Source: the human T2T-CHM13v2.0 reference genome, Homo sapiens. Taken from it: a DNA stretch of 64,000 nt. The translations under genes were made by a program, and so were the position numbers. The notes beneath the pieces were generated by a model. It did no database searches. It was given only the letters and a program-made list of their open reading frames with translations, and had not been told where the DNA came from. How positions within the stretch are numbered: the first letter of the stretch is position 1; each line of letters starts with the position of its first letter. The DNA lies in NCBI RefSeq assembly GCF_009914755.1, contig NC_060925.1; one strand, 5' to 3'. Positions 37,521-51,294 of the stretch are shown here, piece by piece.

Positions 37521-37829
37521 TTGCTAAATCAGAATCCGCATTTATTCAGATCCCTGGGTTGTTCATATCCACAGTAAAATCTGAGAAGCTCCAGACTCGT
37601 CTTTCCGGAGGTCTGTGTGCAATTTCAGCTTGACTTCTGACAGGTGCTGCTGATTTTAGATAGTGTAGAAAATGTTGCTAAATCAGAATCTGCATTTATT
37701 CAGTTCCCCGGGTTGTTTGTATCCACAGTAAAATCTGAGAAGCTCCAGACTTGTCTTTCAGGAGGTCTGTGTGCAATTTCAGCTTGACTTCCAGATAGGT
37801 GGGGCTGATTTTAGATAGTGTAGAAAATG
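37521..37829. repeat. Tandem duplication of about 154 bp starting inside a MER5-type element
   Basis: Units 37521-37674 and 37675-37829 both start ttgctaaatcagaatc and end tagtgtagaaaatg. Confidence 0.95.
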
Positions 37830-40439
37830 TTGGTGCTTCTGATTTAGCTCCCTGCACTTCCCCCATTCCTAATGACTAATAATAATAACTGTAAGAGTAG
37901 CTAATATTTATTGATACTGTGCCAGGAACCACGCCAACTACCTTCTATGGGCATCATATGCAGTCCACCTCTTCAACTCCTTTAGATTCTTATCCCCCAT
38001 CTCACCATTCTATGTTTTCCTGTTCTCTCAGGCAATCACAAGAGCAAGCCCCATGCTCTCCCTGCAAATCTGCTTCATTGACTTCCACCCTGCACACGGG
38101 TGGCCTAAGGAAAGCCAGGGGAATCTCCTCTCCTGTTTTCTAGTATCCTTGCACATGAAAGCATGACTATAATAAAAATAGACTGTAATGAGAAGGTGAA
38201 AAATTTACTGGAAAGGTGCTAGTGAAACAGTCCCCAGGAGGTTTTTCCCTCTCTGTGCTCTTATTTGTAAAAGCTTGGAGTCACAGACAAAAAGCTAAGC
38301 CTAATCCTGTCTTAGAGGAAAGTTATCTAGAACAGCTGAAAAACACCTCCCCAAGCTTCTTTTTTCACTTTCTCCCACTCTTCCTGCTCACACAGTCCTG
38401 CTGTCTGCCAGGTTTGCTTGATCTTTGATGGATGGCTTCTTTTCCTTCTCCTCCTTGGTTTTTTTATTCCCCTCATGCTCTCTCTGGGGGGTCGGGGTGT
38501 TGGATAAGTAGTTCTGCAGAAGGCTGCACGTACATGTGTGGGACGGCTACAGGCATAACATCCTGAGAGGGACCTTGCCTCGTAGCTTGTTGATTTATGG
38601 TCATGACCTAACCTGGCCCTGTTTTTGCTCATTTTCCTCCTAAAAACAAACTTGCACCACACAGCATGTTTTTTTAGTTACCAGAGTTGATGACACTGCA
38701 TGACTCCTCTGTTTTTTTGAATAGAGCTTCACCTTCCTGGAAGCTGATGGGGCTTCTTGGAGAAGCAGGACTCTCACTCCTAACTTTAATCCTCCCAGAG
38801 GTACAGAGCAGAACTCTGCCATGGGGGTTTCCTGGAAGTGAGATTCCATGGATGTGTCTGTGCCAAGAGCAGCATTTCTGCCTGGACCTTATCTTCATCT
38901 TCTGCCACCTTGGCTTGTTGTTAAATGATCTCCTCTGTGAGACTCTGCCATGGATAAATGTTCCCTCCAGAATGAGCCTTTGTCCAAGAAAAGCTGTCAA
39001 TAAGATTTATCACATATGCTGTAATCTAACTGTGTAGGATCTAGAAGAAAGCATCTTAGTATGTGATGGCTGTGAAAAAGCTCATCTAACGTTATGGGGA
39101 AAATCAACCACATGTAGTTGCAGAGCAAGGGGCGTGCTCGGTCCCCTTGGATCATTCTTCTAGGTCAGATGCACTTGCAAGGTTACTAGGGTTCCCCAAG
39201 ACTGGAGGGAAATGCTCCTTTTCTGAGTCAAGACTCTCATGACTCCATTTGACTTCAGGAGCAGAGTGGGAACAAGGAAATACAACCCATCCTTTCTTGT
39301 TCCTGTGGCAAATTCATAGATGTCTAAGATAGGCTCTTGTCATCAAGGGACTCTCAGATTTCTTCACAAATAGCAGCAGTTCAACAAGGCTCAGCAACCT
39401 GCAACAAGATCACTTTTACTAAGGTAGTCAAGGAAGACTTCATAGACAGGATGAAACTTAAGGTAAGTTTTGAAGGGCATATCCATATAAGGGAGGCATT
39501 TCAGACAGAGAGAGATACGTATTGATAACATATATCAGGCCTATATAACCTCTCAGAAAGGGGCACTTTTTGCTTTTCCATTTATGTAAACACTCTGAAA
39601 TAAGTTGGCACAATGTTCCTGAAATACCTGGCTTTGAGGAAGAAAAGGGTATGAGATGGCGCCTTTCCCCTTTTGTCGCTACCATAAAATAAGAACACCA
39701 AGGACAGGTGGATTTCTGACAGTTCTTAGAAGATATTTTTCTCACTTTTTAATTAACTGTTATAATTCCCAGGGTGGATTATACTTTTCCCCCTCATTAG
39801 GGTGGTGGGGGCACTGTTGAAGCATAACCCACTCTATCTGGTCTTGTGGTCAGGTGACTCCATTCTGTCAAAACCCACAGACAGAAGGTTCCATAGGGGA
39901 GAGGGGAGCTTTCTAGTAAAGAAAGGGTGAGCAATCAGAGCATTTGAGAGGCAGAAGCAGTTCCTAGCTGGGCTATCTCACTTTTCTTTTTGTTACATTC
40001 CCGTCAAATACAGATTTCTACTGTGCCAGGTACATACCAAATGGGGAACAGGAAAAAGGAGGAAGTGGGGATTGAAGCCGCTTGTTTGGAAGTGAGTTTT
40101 CTGTTGTATGCTCTTCCCATTAGCCCCTCCTTATCTTGGGGTCCTCTAGAAGTGATTACTAAATGTTACATGTCAAAAGCCTACAGGGCCACCCAGAAAT
40201 TTTACCAAATGTTCGGCAAGGCAGCCTGTCAATTTAGTAATGGCCAACAGGGAGACATAAACAGCTGGGCCAGCCACTCTGTTCTTTCCTCCAAACTATT
40301 TCCTGGTGTGGATGTCAGTCTATACATTTTTTTGAGTCAGATCCCAGTCATCTGCAAGTAGTGGTCTGCAAATTTGTTAATGTCACACTCACCAGCCCAT
40401 GTCACTCTTCTTGCCCCAAAATAACAATTAAGAACTAAT

Positions 40440-40660
40440 TATTTAGTATTTAAAATGTTTTAGTGTAGTAGAAAGAGCATGGAGTTTTTGTCAAATAGAC
40501 TTGGTTTTGATACCTTACTGGCATTTGCTAACTGTGAGACGGTGGATGACTTGCTCAACTTCTCTGATTCTCAGTTTTTTGGTCTGATACACTCAGCTTA
40601 TACATTTATGGTAGAGGTTAATAGAGTGGCACGTGTGCAGCATTTAGAGCAGCAGACATT
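40440..40660 (+). mobile_element. MIR
   Basis: agagcatggagttttt..gctaactgtgagac..ttctctgattctcagttt. Confidence 0.65.
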
Positions 40661-42563
40661 TGCAATTTTTCATTTAGCTTTTAAATCGATATGTAATAAT
40701 TGTATATATTTATGAAGTATGTAGTGATCAAATCTGAGTAATTAGCATTTCCTTCATCTGAAACATTTATCTTTTTTTGTATTGGGAAAATTCAATATCT
40801 TCTCTTCTAGCTATTAAAAAATATATCATATATTATTTTAACCATAGTCATCCTACAGTTCTATAGAGCACTAGAACTTATTCCTCCTACCTAGCTGTAA
40901 TTCTGTATCCTTTAGCAAATTTATCCCTATCTCCCTCTTCCTGCTACACTTCCAAGCCTCTAAAACCTCTGTCCTACCTTTTACTTCTAAGAGATCAACT
41001 TTTTAAGCTTCTGCATATGAATGAGAACATGAAATGTTTAACTTTCTGTTCCTGGCTTATTTCACTTAACATAATGTCCTCCAGTTCTATCTATGTTGCT
41101 GCAAATGACAGGATTTCATTCTTTTTTATGGCTGAATAATATTAAATTGTGTTTATATACTGCATCTTCTTTATCTATTCATCCGTTGTTGGGCACTGGG
41201 GTTGATTCTATATATTGGCTATTGTGAACAGTGCTGCAAAACATACTGATTTCCTTTGCTTTGCATAAATGCCCAGTAATAGGATTGCTGAATTATAGGA
41301 TAGTTCTATTTATAGTTTTATGAAGAACCTCCATGCTGTTCTCCATAGTGGCTGTACTAGTTTACATTCCCACTAACAGTATATAAGAGTTCCTTTTTCT
41401 CTTCATCATTGCCAGCATTTTTTTTTGTCTTTTTAGTAATAACCATCCCAACTGGGGTAAAATGATATCTTATTGTGATTTTGATAGGCATTTCCCTGAT
41501 AATTAATAATGTTGAGCAGTGTTTCATATATTTGTTGGCTATTGTATGTCTTCTTTTGAGAAATATCTGTTCAGATCATTGCTCATTTTTTCATCTGATT
41601 ATTTGTACTTTTGCCATTGAAATGTTTGCATTTTTTGCATATTCTGGATATTAAACCACTGTTGGATGAATAGTTGCAACTATTTTCTCCCATTCTTTAG
41701 ATTGTCTTTTCACTCTTTCAGTTGTTTCTTTTGCTGTGCAAAAGCTTTTAGTTCAATAGTTTTTTCATTTGTTGCCTGTGCTGTTGAAGTCTTATTCATA
41801 AAATCTTTTCCCAAACCAACATCCTGAAGTGTTTCCCCTATATTTTCTTCTAGCAGCTTTGTCGTTTTGTGTCTTACATTTAGGTCTTTAACCCATTTTG
41901 AAATTTTTTTTAATAGGGTGAGAGGTGGGAGTCTAATTTCCTTGTTCAGCATATGGGTATCCAGTTTTCTGAGCACCATTTATTGAAAAGATTTTCCCTT
42001 CCGCAATCAATGTACTTGGTACCTTAGTCAAAAATCAGTTGTTGTGGATACATGGATTAATTTCTGGGTTCTCTATTATGTTCCACTGGTCTATTTGCCT
42101 ATTTTTATGCCAGTACAATGCTATTTTGGTTACTATAGCTTTGTAGTAAATTTTAAAGTCTGGTGGTGTGATGCCTCCAGCTTTGTTCTTTTTGCTCGGG
42201 ATTGTGTTGGCTATTTGAGGTCTTTTGCAGTAGCCTGCAAAATTTTAGGATGGTGTTTTCTATTTTTATGAAGAATGTCATTGGTATTTTGATAGGGGTT
42301 GCATTGATATGTAGATTGCTTTTGTTAGCATGGTCATTTTCACAATATTCTTTAAATCCATTAATATGAGATGTCTTTTCATTTATTTGTGCCTTCTTTA
42401 TTTCTTTCATCAGTGTGTTGTAGTTTTCCTTGTAGAGATCTTTTACATCCTTGGTTACACTTATTTCCAGGTATTTTATTGCTTCTGTAGCTATTCTAAA
42501 TGAAATTCCTTTCTTGATTTCTTTTTTAGATTGATCGCTGTTAGCATATAAAAAAGTTACTGA

Positions 42564-42994
<431 letters not shown>

Positions 42995-44359
42995 TAGGTT
43001 TTTCTTTATGTAAGATCACTTCATTTGCAAATGGACAATTTTACTTGCTTCTTTCCAATTTGGATGCCTTTTGTTTTCTTCTCTTGCCTAATTGCTCTGG
43101 CTAGGACTTCCAGTGCTATGTCAAATAAGAGTGGTGAAAGTGGGCATCCTTGTCTTTTTCCAGTTCTTAGAGAAAACGCTTTTTGCTTTTCCCTGTTCAG
43201 TACGATATTAGCGGTCACTTATGGCCTTTATTGTGTTAAGGTACTTTCTTTCTACCTAATTTATGAAAGTTTTTATTATTAAAGGATGTTGAATTTTATT
43301 AAATGCTTTTTCCATAATATATTCGCTGAAATGAATAAATAATTTTTGCACCATTTTTGCATCTCTGGGATGAATCCCACTTGATCATAGTGTATGTTTT
43401 TTTTTATGTGCTGTTAGATTTGGTTTGCTAATATTTTGTCGAGGATTTTAACATCTATATTTATTGGATATTGGTAGGTAATTTTCTTTTTTTGCTGTAT
43501 CCTTGTCTGGTTTTGGTATTAGGGTTATGCTGGCCTAGTAGAATGAGTTTAGAAGAACTACCCTACCTTAAATTTTTTTGGATTAGTTTGAAAATAATTC
43601 ATATTAGTTATTTAAAGTTTTGTTTGAATTTTGTAGTAAAGCAGTGAAGACTTTTCTTTGTTGAGATACTTTTTAAATCACCAATTCAGTCTTGTTACCT
43701 GTTATTGATCTGTTCAAGTTTTATATCTCTTCTTGGTTAAATCTTGGCAGGTTGCATGGTCCAGGAATTTATCCATTTCTTCTAGGCTTTTTAATTTATT
43801 GAAGCATTCATAATAGTTTCTAATGATATTTTGTATTTCTGTGGCATGAATTATAACATCTTCTCATTTCTGATTTTATTTATTTGGGCCTTTTTCTTTT
43901 TTAACTCTAGCTAATGGCTTGTCCATTTTGTATATCTTTTCAGAAAACCAAGTTTTTGTTTCATTGAACTTTCTTAGTCTCTCTTTTGTTTATTTTTCCT
44001 TTTATTTTCATTTATTTCCTTCTATTAATTTTTGGTTTTGTTTGTACTTGCTTTTCTCATTGTTTGAAGTGCATTGTTACGTTGTTGTTTTTTGAAATAG
44101 TTCCAATTTTTGATGTAGGTTTTTATTGCTATAATCTTGTCTCAATACTGCTTTGGCTGTGTTCCATAGGTTTTGGTATGTTGTGTTTCTATTTTCATTT
44201 TTTTGAGAAATTTATGTATTATCTTATTATTTCTTCACCCATTAGATATTCAGGAGTATGTTGTTTAATTTCCATGTATTTTTATGGTTTCAAAAATGTT
44301 CCTATTATTGTTATTGATTTTTCATTTTATTCCATTGTGGTCAGATAAGATATTTGATG

Positions 44360-44514
44360 TTATTTATTTTATTTGTTTATTTATTTTTTAGCGACATGGT
44401 CTCACTATGTTGCCTAGATTAGTCTTAAACTCCTGGGCTCAAGTGAGCCACCTGTCTTGTCCTACCAAAATGTTGGGATTACAGGATTACAGGCATGAGC
44501 CACTGTGTCTGGCT
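44360..44514 (-). mobile_element. FLAM / Alu left monomer
   Basis: (TTTA)n tail, then gtctcactatgttgcc..ctcctgggctcaag..gagccactgtgtctggc; monomer length only. Confidence 0.85.
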
Positions 44515-44540
44515 GATGCTGATTTTTAAAATTATTTTGA

Positions 44541-44815
44541 GGCTAGGCATAATGGCTCACACCTATAATCCTAGCACTTTGGGAGGCTTAGGTGGGAGGA
44601 CTGCTCAAGCCCAAGAGTTTGAGACCAGCCTGGGCAACATAGTAAGACCCTATCTCCACTAAAAATGAAAAAATTAGGTAGATGTGGTGGCATACACCTA
44701 TAGTCCCAGCTACTTGAGAGGATGAGGTGGGAGGATTGTTTGCACCCAGGGAGTTGAGGCTGTACTGCCACTGAACTCCAGCCTGAGAGACAGAGCAAAA
44801 CCCTGTCTCGAAAAA
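44541..44815 (+). mobile_element. AluJ
   Basis: gaggactgctcaagcccaagagtttgagaccagcctgggcaacatag (J-type). Confidence 0.9.
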
Positions 44816-45500
44816 ATATTGTATTGACACCTGTTTTGTGTCCTAATGTTTTGCCAATACTGGAGAATGTTACATGTACTGATAAAAAGAATGTGTATTC
44901 TGCAGCTGTTGTGTGAAATGTTCTGTAAATTTCTGTTAGATCCATTCAGTCTATAGACCAGTTCAAATTTTATGGGCTTTTTAGTTGATATTACATCTAG
45001 TTGATCTGTCCAATACTGAGAATGGGTATTGGGGTCTAGCTCTACCTTTAGATCTGATAATATTTGCTTTATATATCTGGGTGCTCTTGTATTGGGTGCT
45101 TATATACATACATAATTGGTATATCCTCTTGCCGAATTGATCCTGCTGTTATTATATAATGCATTTTTGTTTTTTTTTTAGTTTTTGACTTAAAATCTGT
45201 TTTATTGTATGTAAGTATAGCTTCTCCTGTTCATTTTTGATTTCCATTTGCATGGAATATTGTTTTTCACTTTCAGTCTATGTGTGTCTTTACAGGTGAA
45301 TTGAGTTTCTTATAGGCAACATATAGTTGGATCTTTTAAAAATCCCTTTGGTCAATCTATATTTTTTAGTTGGGGAATTTAGTTCATTTTATTGATTGTT
45401 TCTCATTGTTTTGTATATTCTTTATTTCTTACTTTCTCTCTTTTTGTTTATTTTTTATGTTTGGCATGGTTTTCTGCAGTGATAAGGTTTGTTTCTTTTT

Positions 45501-45804
45501 CTTTCTTTTTTATTTTTTTGAGATGGTGTCTTGCTCTGTCACCCAGGTTGGAATGCAGGGGTGCCATCTCGGCGCAGTGCAACCTCCGCCTCCCAGGTTG
45601 AAGCAATTCTCTGCCTCAACCTCCTGAGTAGCTGGGATTACAGGTGCCCAGCAGCACGCCTGGCTAATTTTTGTATTTTGTATTTTAGTAGAGATGGGTT
45701 TTCACCATCTTGGCCAGGCTGGTCTTAAACTCCTGACCTTGTAATCTACCCACCTTGGCCTCCCAAAGTGCTGGGATTACAGGCGTGAGCCACTGCACCT
45801 GGCC
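45501..45804 (-). mobile_element. AluS
   Basis: Full dimer; TSD g(g/a)tttgtttcttttt at 45486 and 45806. Confidence 0.93.
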
Positions 45805-46945
45805 TGATTTGTTTCTTTTTTGTGTATTTGCTCTATCTGCAAGTTTTGTACTTTCATATGTTTTCATGAACACATGCAGTTACTATCTTTTTGCTTCCAG
45901 AGGTAAGACTCCCTTAAACATTTCTTGTAAGGCTAATCTAGTGGTGATGAATTCCCCAGGTTTCTGGTTATCTGAGAAAAACTTTATTTCTCCTTCATTT
46001 CTAAGAATAGCTTTGCTGGGTATAGTATTCTTGGCTGATGGATTTGTTTGTTTTTTTTTTCTTTTAGTACTTCAAATATTTCATTCCATTCTTTCTGGCC
46101 TATACATTTTTTGCTGAGACATCTGCAATTAGGCTAATGGGTATTCCCTTATATGTGACTTGGTATTATATTTTTCTCTAGCTATTTTTGTCTTTGACTT
46201 TTGGCAAAACTCAAATATGCCTTGGAGAGGACTTGTTTGGATTAAATATATTTGGAGATTTTGAGTTTATTGGATCTGAATGTCCACCCCTTTTCTAAGA
46301 CATGAGAAGTTTTTCACTATTATTTCATTAAATAGGTTTCCTTCACCTTTTTTCTTTTCTTCTCTTTCTACAGCTCCCATAATGCCAATATTTGTTCACT
46401 TACTGATGTTTCATACATTTTTGTAGGCTTTTTATTCATTCTTTAAAATATATTTTTTTTGTCTGCCTGAGTTATTCCAAAAGATCTATCTTCAAGTCCA
46501 TAAATTCTTTCTTCTACTTGGTCTAATCTGTTGTTTAAGTTCTTGATTGTACTTTCTATTGTTTTATTCATTGAATTATCCAGCGTCAAGATATCTGTTT
46601 GGTTCTTTTGTATATTTCTTTATTGAATTTCTCATTCAAATAATGAATTTTTTTATTTTGTTTAACCATCTATCTGTCTCTTAATATCTATCTCTTATAT
46701 CTCTTATCTATCTCTTATATCTCACTGATTTTCCTTAAGATTATTATTTTGAATTGTTTTCAGTACTTTGTATATTTCCTTATAATTGAATTTTGTTACT
46801 TTAGAATTGTTTTGTTCCTTTGGAGGTGTAATGTTTCCTTGATTTTCTATGTTTGATGTGTTCTTACACTGATTTCTGTGCATCCAGTAGAACAGTCACC
46901 TCTTCCAATTTTATGAAATAGATTTATAGAAAAAGGCTTATTTCT

Positions 46946-49246
46946 TTTTTGTGTGTGTTTGTGTGTTTTGTTTTTTACTTTTACATTTGTTTTAATTTAC
47001 ATCTTTGATAAAAATTATTCAAATATTTTGCCTCAAATACAATTCTATTTTTTTGGCAGCAAATCCAGGTAGGATTATTTTTTATTAGATATTTTTCTTC
47101 AAAAAAAAATAGGGATACATGTGCAGAATGTGCAGGTTTGTTACATAGATATTTGTATGCCATGGTGGTTTCCTGCACCTATTGACCCATCCTCTAAGTT
47201 CCCCTCCCTCACCCCCATACCCCAACAGGCCCTGGTGTGTGTTGTTCCCCTCTCTGTGTCCATGTGTTCTCAATGGTCAGCTCCCACATATGAGTGAGAA
47301 CATGCGGTGTTTGGTTTTCTGTTCCTGTGTTAGTTGGCTGAGGATGATGACTTCAAGCTTCATCCATGGCTGTGTGAAGGACATGATCTCTTTCCTTTTT
47401 ATGGCTGCATAGTATTCCATGGTGTATATGTACCACATTTTCTTTATCCAGTCTATCACTGATGGGCATTTGGGTTGGTTCCATGTCTTTGCTATTGTAA
47501 ATAGTGCTGCAATAAATATATGTGTGCATGTGTCTTTATAGTAGAATGATTTATATTTCTTTGGGTCTATATCCAGTAATGTGATTGCTGGGTCAAATGG
47601 TATTTCTGGTTCTAGATCCTTGAGAAATCACCATACTGTCTTCCACACAGGATGAATTAATTTACATTCCCACCAACAGTGTAAAAGCTTTCCTATTTCT
47701 CCACATCCTCGCCAGCATGTATTGTTTCCTGATTTTTTAATAATCACCATTCTAACTGGCAGGAGATGGTGTCTCATTGTGGTTTTGATTTCTCTAATGA
47801 TCAGTGATGTTGAGCTTTTTTTCATATGTTTGTTGGCCACTTAAATGTCTTCTTTTGAGAAGTGTTTGTTCATACCCTTGGCCCACTTTTTGATGGGTTG
47901 TTTGTTTTTTTTTTCTTGTAAATATGCTTAAGCTCCTCATAAATTCTGGATATTAGACCTTTGTCAGATGGATAGATTGCAAAAATTTTCAACCATTTTT
48001 TAGGTTGGCTGCTCACTCTGATGATAGTTTCTTTTGCTGTGCAGAAGCTCTTTAGTTTAATTAGATCCCATTTGTTGATTCTGGTTTTTGTTGCAATTGT
48101 TTTTGCCATTTTTGTCATGAAGTCTTTGCCCATGCCTATGTTCTGAATGGTAATGCCTAGGTTTTCTTCTAGAGTTTTTATGGTTTGGGGTTTTACATTT
48201 AAGTCTTTAATCCATCTTGAGTTAATTTTTGTGTAAGTTGTAAGGAAGGGGTTCAGTTTCAGTTTTCTGACTATGGCTTGCCAGTTTTCCCAGCACCATT
48301 TACTGAATAGAAGATCCTTTCCCCATTCCCTGTTTTTGACAGGTTTGTTGATCAGATGGTTGTAGATGTGTGGTGTGATTTCTGAGGTCTCTGTTCTACT
48401 CCATTGGTCTTTATGTCTGTTTTGGTAATAGGACCATGCTGTGTTGGTTACTGTAGACTTGTACTATAGTTTGAAGTCAGGTAGCGTGATGCCTCCAGCT
48501 TTGTTCTTTTTGCTTAGGATTGTCTTGGCTATACAGGGTCTTCTTTGATTCCATATGAAATTTAAAATAGTTGATGAGAGCAGCAAACCAACATGGCACA
48601 CGTATACCTATGTAATAAACCTGCACGTTGTGCACATGTACCCTAGAAATTAAAGTATAATAATAAACTTTAAAAAAAGAAATTTAAAATAGTTTTTTTT
48701 CTAATTCTGTGAAGAATGTCAACAGTAATTTGATGGGAGTAGCATTGAATCTATACATTACTTTGGGCCGTATGGCCATTTTCACAATATTGATTCTTCC
48801 TATCCATGAGGATGGAATGTTTTTCCATTTGTTTGTGTCCTCTCTTATATCCTTGAGCAGTGGTTTGTAGTTCTTCTTGAAGAGATCCTTCATATCACTT
48901 GTTGGCTGTATTCCTAAGTATTTTATTCTCTTTGTAGTGATTGTGAATGGGAGTTCATTCATGATTTGGTTCTCCACTTGTCTGTTGTTGGTGTAAAGGA
49001 ATGCTTGTGATTTTTCACATTGATTTTGTATCCTGAGACTTTGCTGAAGTTGCTTATCAGTTCAAGAAGTTTTTGTGCTGAGATGATGGAGTTTTCTAAA
49101 TGTAAAATCATGTCATCTGCAAACAAAGACAACTTGACTTCCTGTCTTCCTCTTTGAATACCCTTTATTTCTATCTCTTGCCTGATTGCCCTAGCCAGAA
49201 CTTCCAATACTATGTCAGATAGGAGAAGTGAGAGAGGGCATCACTG
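46946..49246 (-). mobile_element. 5'-truncated L1PA (L1PA12-like) nested in the L1MA
   Basis: 3' signature ttcttcaaaaaaaaaatagggatacatgtgcag; ORF2 C-terminal remnants (WIKKMWYIYTMEYYAAIK; [16 protein letters not shown]); 17-bp TSD gaaaaag(g/a)cttatttct at 46929-46945 and 49247-49263. Confidence 0.9.
48573..48678 (+). mobile_element. 106-bp L1PA 3'-terminal fragment nested in the L1PA12-like copy
   Basis: gcagcaaaccaacatggcaca..catgtaccctagaaattaaagtataat plus A-tail; perfect 16-bp TSD gaaatttaaaatagtt. Confidence 0.93.
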
Positions 49247-51039
49247 GAAAAAGACTTATTTCTATAGATGGGTCTTAGGGTGTCAGTTGGGTAGGATGTG
49301 TTGGCTTTAATTCCACATGGACACAGTAGTCTCTAGTCAGTTTCTTCAGCTGTAATTCGTGCTAGTGATTTTTGTATCTCAGTGGCCTAGGCTGCAAGAG
49401 TTTGTGGCAGCAGTGGCACAACTTTGCTGGATGTGTGCTTGCTGGGCTATTTCTTAGGTGGAGGGAGGGATGTGAGTGCACATAATGTCCATGGTAAGTC
49501 AGCTAGCTGGGGGTCTGGCTCACTGAGGTTGGGGCTATGAGCCTGTTACTCTAGCCAGGGGTGTGGGCATACAGCTGCTTGGCTGCCCTGGGGGTGTGTC
49601 CTTGAGGGGCAAGCCCACTGGGCTGTTTTTCAGGCCTCAAGAACAGGCACACAGTCATTTGGTCAGTCTGAAGATGTGTCTGCCCAAGGTGGTCTGCCAA
49701 GCTGTTTTTCAGGACTTTGTTGTGCGTAGGGGCATGTTCACCAGGGATAGAGTCGCACATAGTAGACAAATTATAAAAGATAATTCAAGTCTCTTTATCT
49801 CTTTTTGGCATAAGCAGCAGATATCCTGAGCATCAAGAAAAAACTCAAGTAATGGAAAGAAGCAGGATTACTACTTTACAGAGGCCACATTCAAAACTTT
49901 TTTTTTTCATGAAACAGCTGTTTGTAACTCTATCTATAGTGTTCACTGCTTTATTAGAATTTTTCAGAGTCTCTTTGGAGGACTATATTCCAGTTTGAGA
50001 GAAAACCTTTCTCCTTGAGGATAATTGACTCTATCAATTCCAAGTGCTGGTAATTAATGATAGTAGAGAACTGGATGCAAATGATGTTTGCTAAGACCCA
50101 CGTGAGCATATTGCTCTGTTAAGATACACATGGTCTCTAAGTACAATTTTTGGAGTTGAGAGCAGGAATACAATTAATGAAATATCCTCCCTCAATTTAC
50201 CTTGTCTCAAAACTCAGATTAAGTACAAGGTAAGGTGCTTAAACAGTTTTAAATTTAGTAAATATATATGATGGAAGCCATTTGAGAAAATGATTTTTAC
50301 AGTTTTAAGATGATGTGGTCCAAATGTTTGGCTTCCACACTACCACCATCTTTTGAGTTACAACATTTGATCTGATTTTTCTAATCCATGGGCTATCATA
50401 GTTCAGTTTAGTGTTGAATAATTTCATAAATCATATTCATGTACTGGTCCCTCTGTTCTTTCCAAGAATGTGGCTTTGATGAATAAACAACAGTTATAAC
50501 ATGTTTGTTTCTATCTCATGTACATCCAAAATTATAAAATCTCAATGTTGCACAAACTCAAGAGTTTCACCAAGTATATTGTATTGGCTTGGACTTCATT
50601 GGTTTTGTCAGTCTTTACTCTGCTAGACTGGGAAGTAAAAGTCTCCTAAATGTGAGATTCTGTAATTTTTCCTTTGAAACAAACTTCATCTTGCTTTTGC
50701 TTAATGAGGTCAAGAAAGTAGGGCTGAGGGTCCCTCCTGGGAGCATGTGGGGACCTGTGCAGGCTACTCTATGACTCCAATTTGTAGCTAGAGAATGAAG
50801 AAGAGCAGACCTGGGATGGACACATTTTGTTCACAGGTACAGTTGGTCACTGGGTCCTCCAGTAGACATGTTATGGCTGAAAACTCAGAGTATAGGCAAT
50901 ATTTACCCCCTTTTAAATTACACAAAATGATATTATCAGCAAAGCAGCCACATTTAACTTTAGTAGTCAAAGGGAAAAGGAGACACTTGGCAGCTTGCAA
51001 TTGCTTTCCTTTTTAGTCTTTACAGTAATGGAATCGACT

Positions 51040-51236
51040 CAAACTGGTTCATCAGAGCCAATTGTACCCATCTCTTCCCAAACCCATGTTCAGTGACATC
51101 ATACTGGTAACTTAATATTGACCATTGTGGGAGTAATTTATATCACAGAAATTGGCAAATGTTGCAAATCAGGACTTGGATTTTTTTTTTATCTTCAGAG
51201 GACCAGTTGTTAAATATTTACTAGCATACCACTGGT
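51040..51236. mobile_element. MER63-like hAT element
   Basis: Terminus cagttgttaaatatttactagcataccactgg. Confidence 0.65.
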
Positions 51237-51294
51237 TTTATATCTAACTTGTTATTTCCTTTGATAACACATCATGAAACTCCTTCTCCTCATC

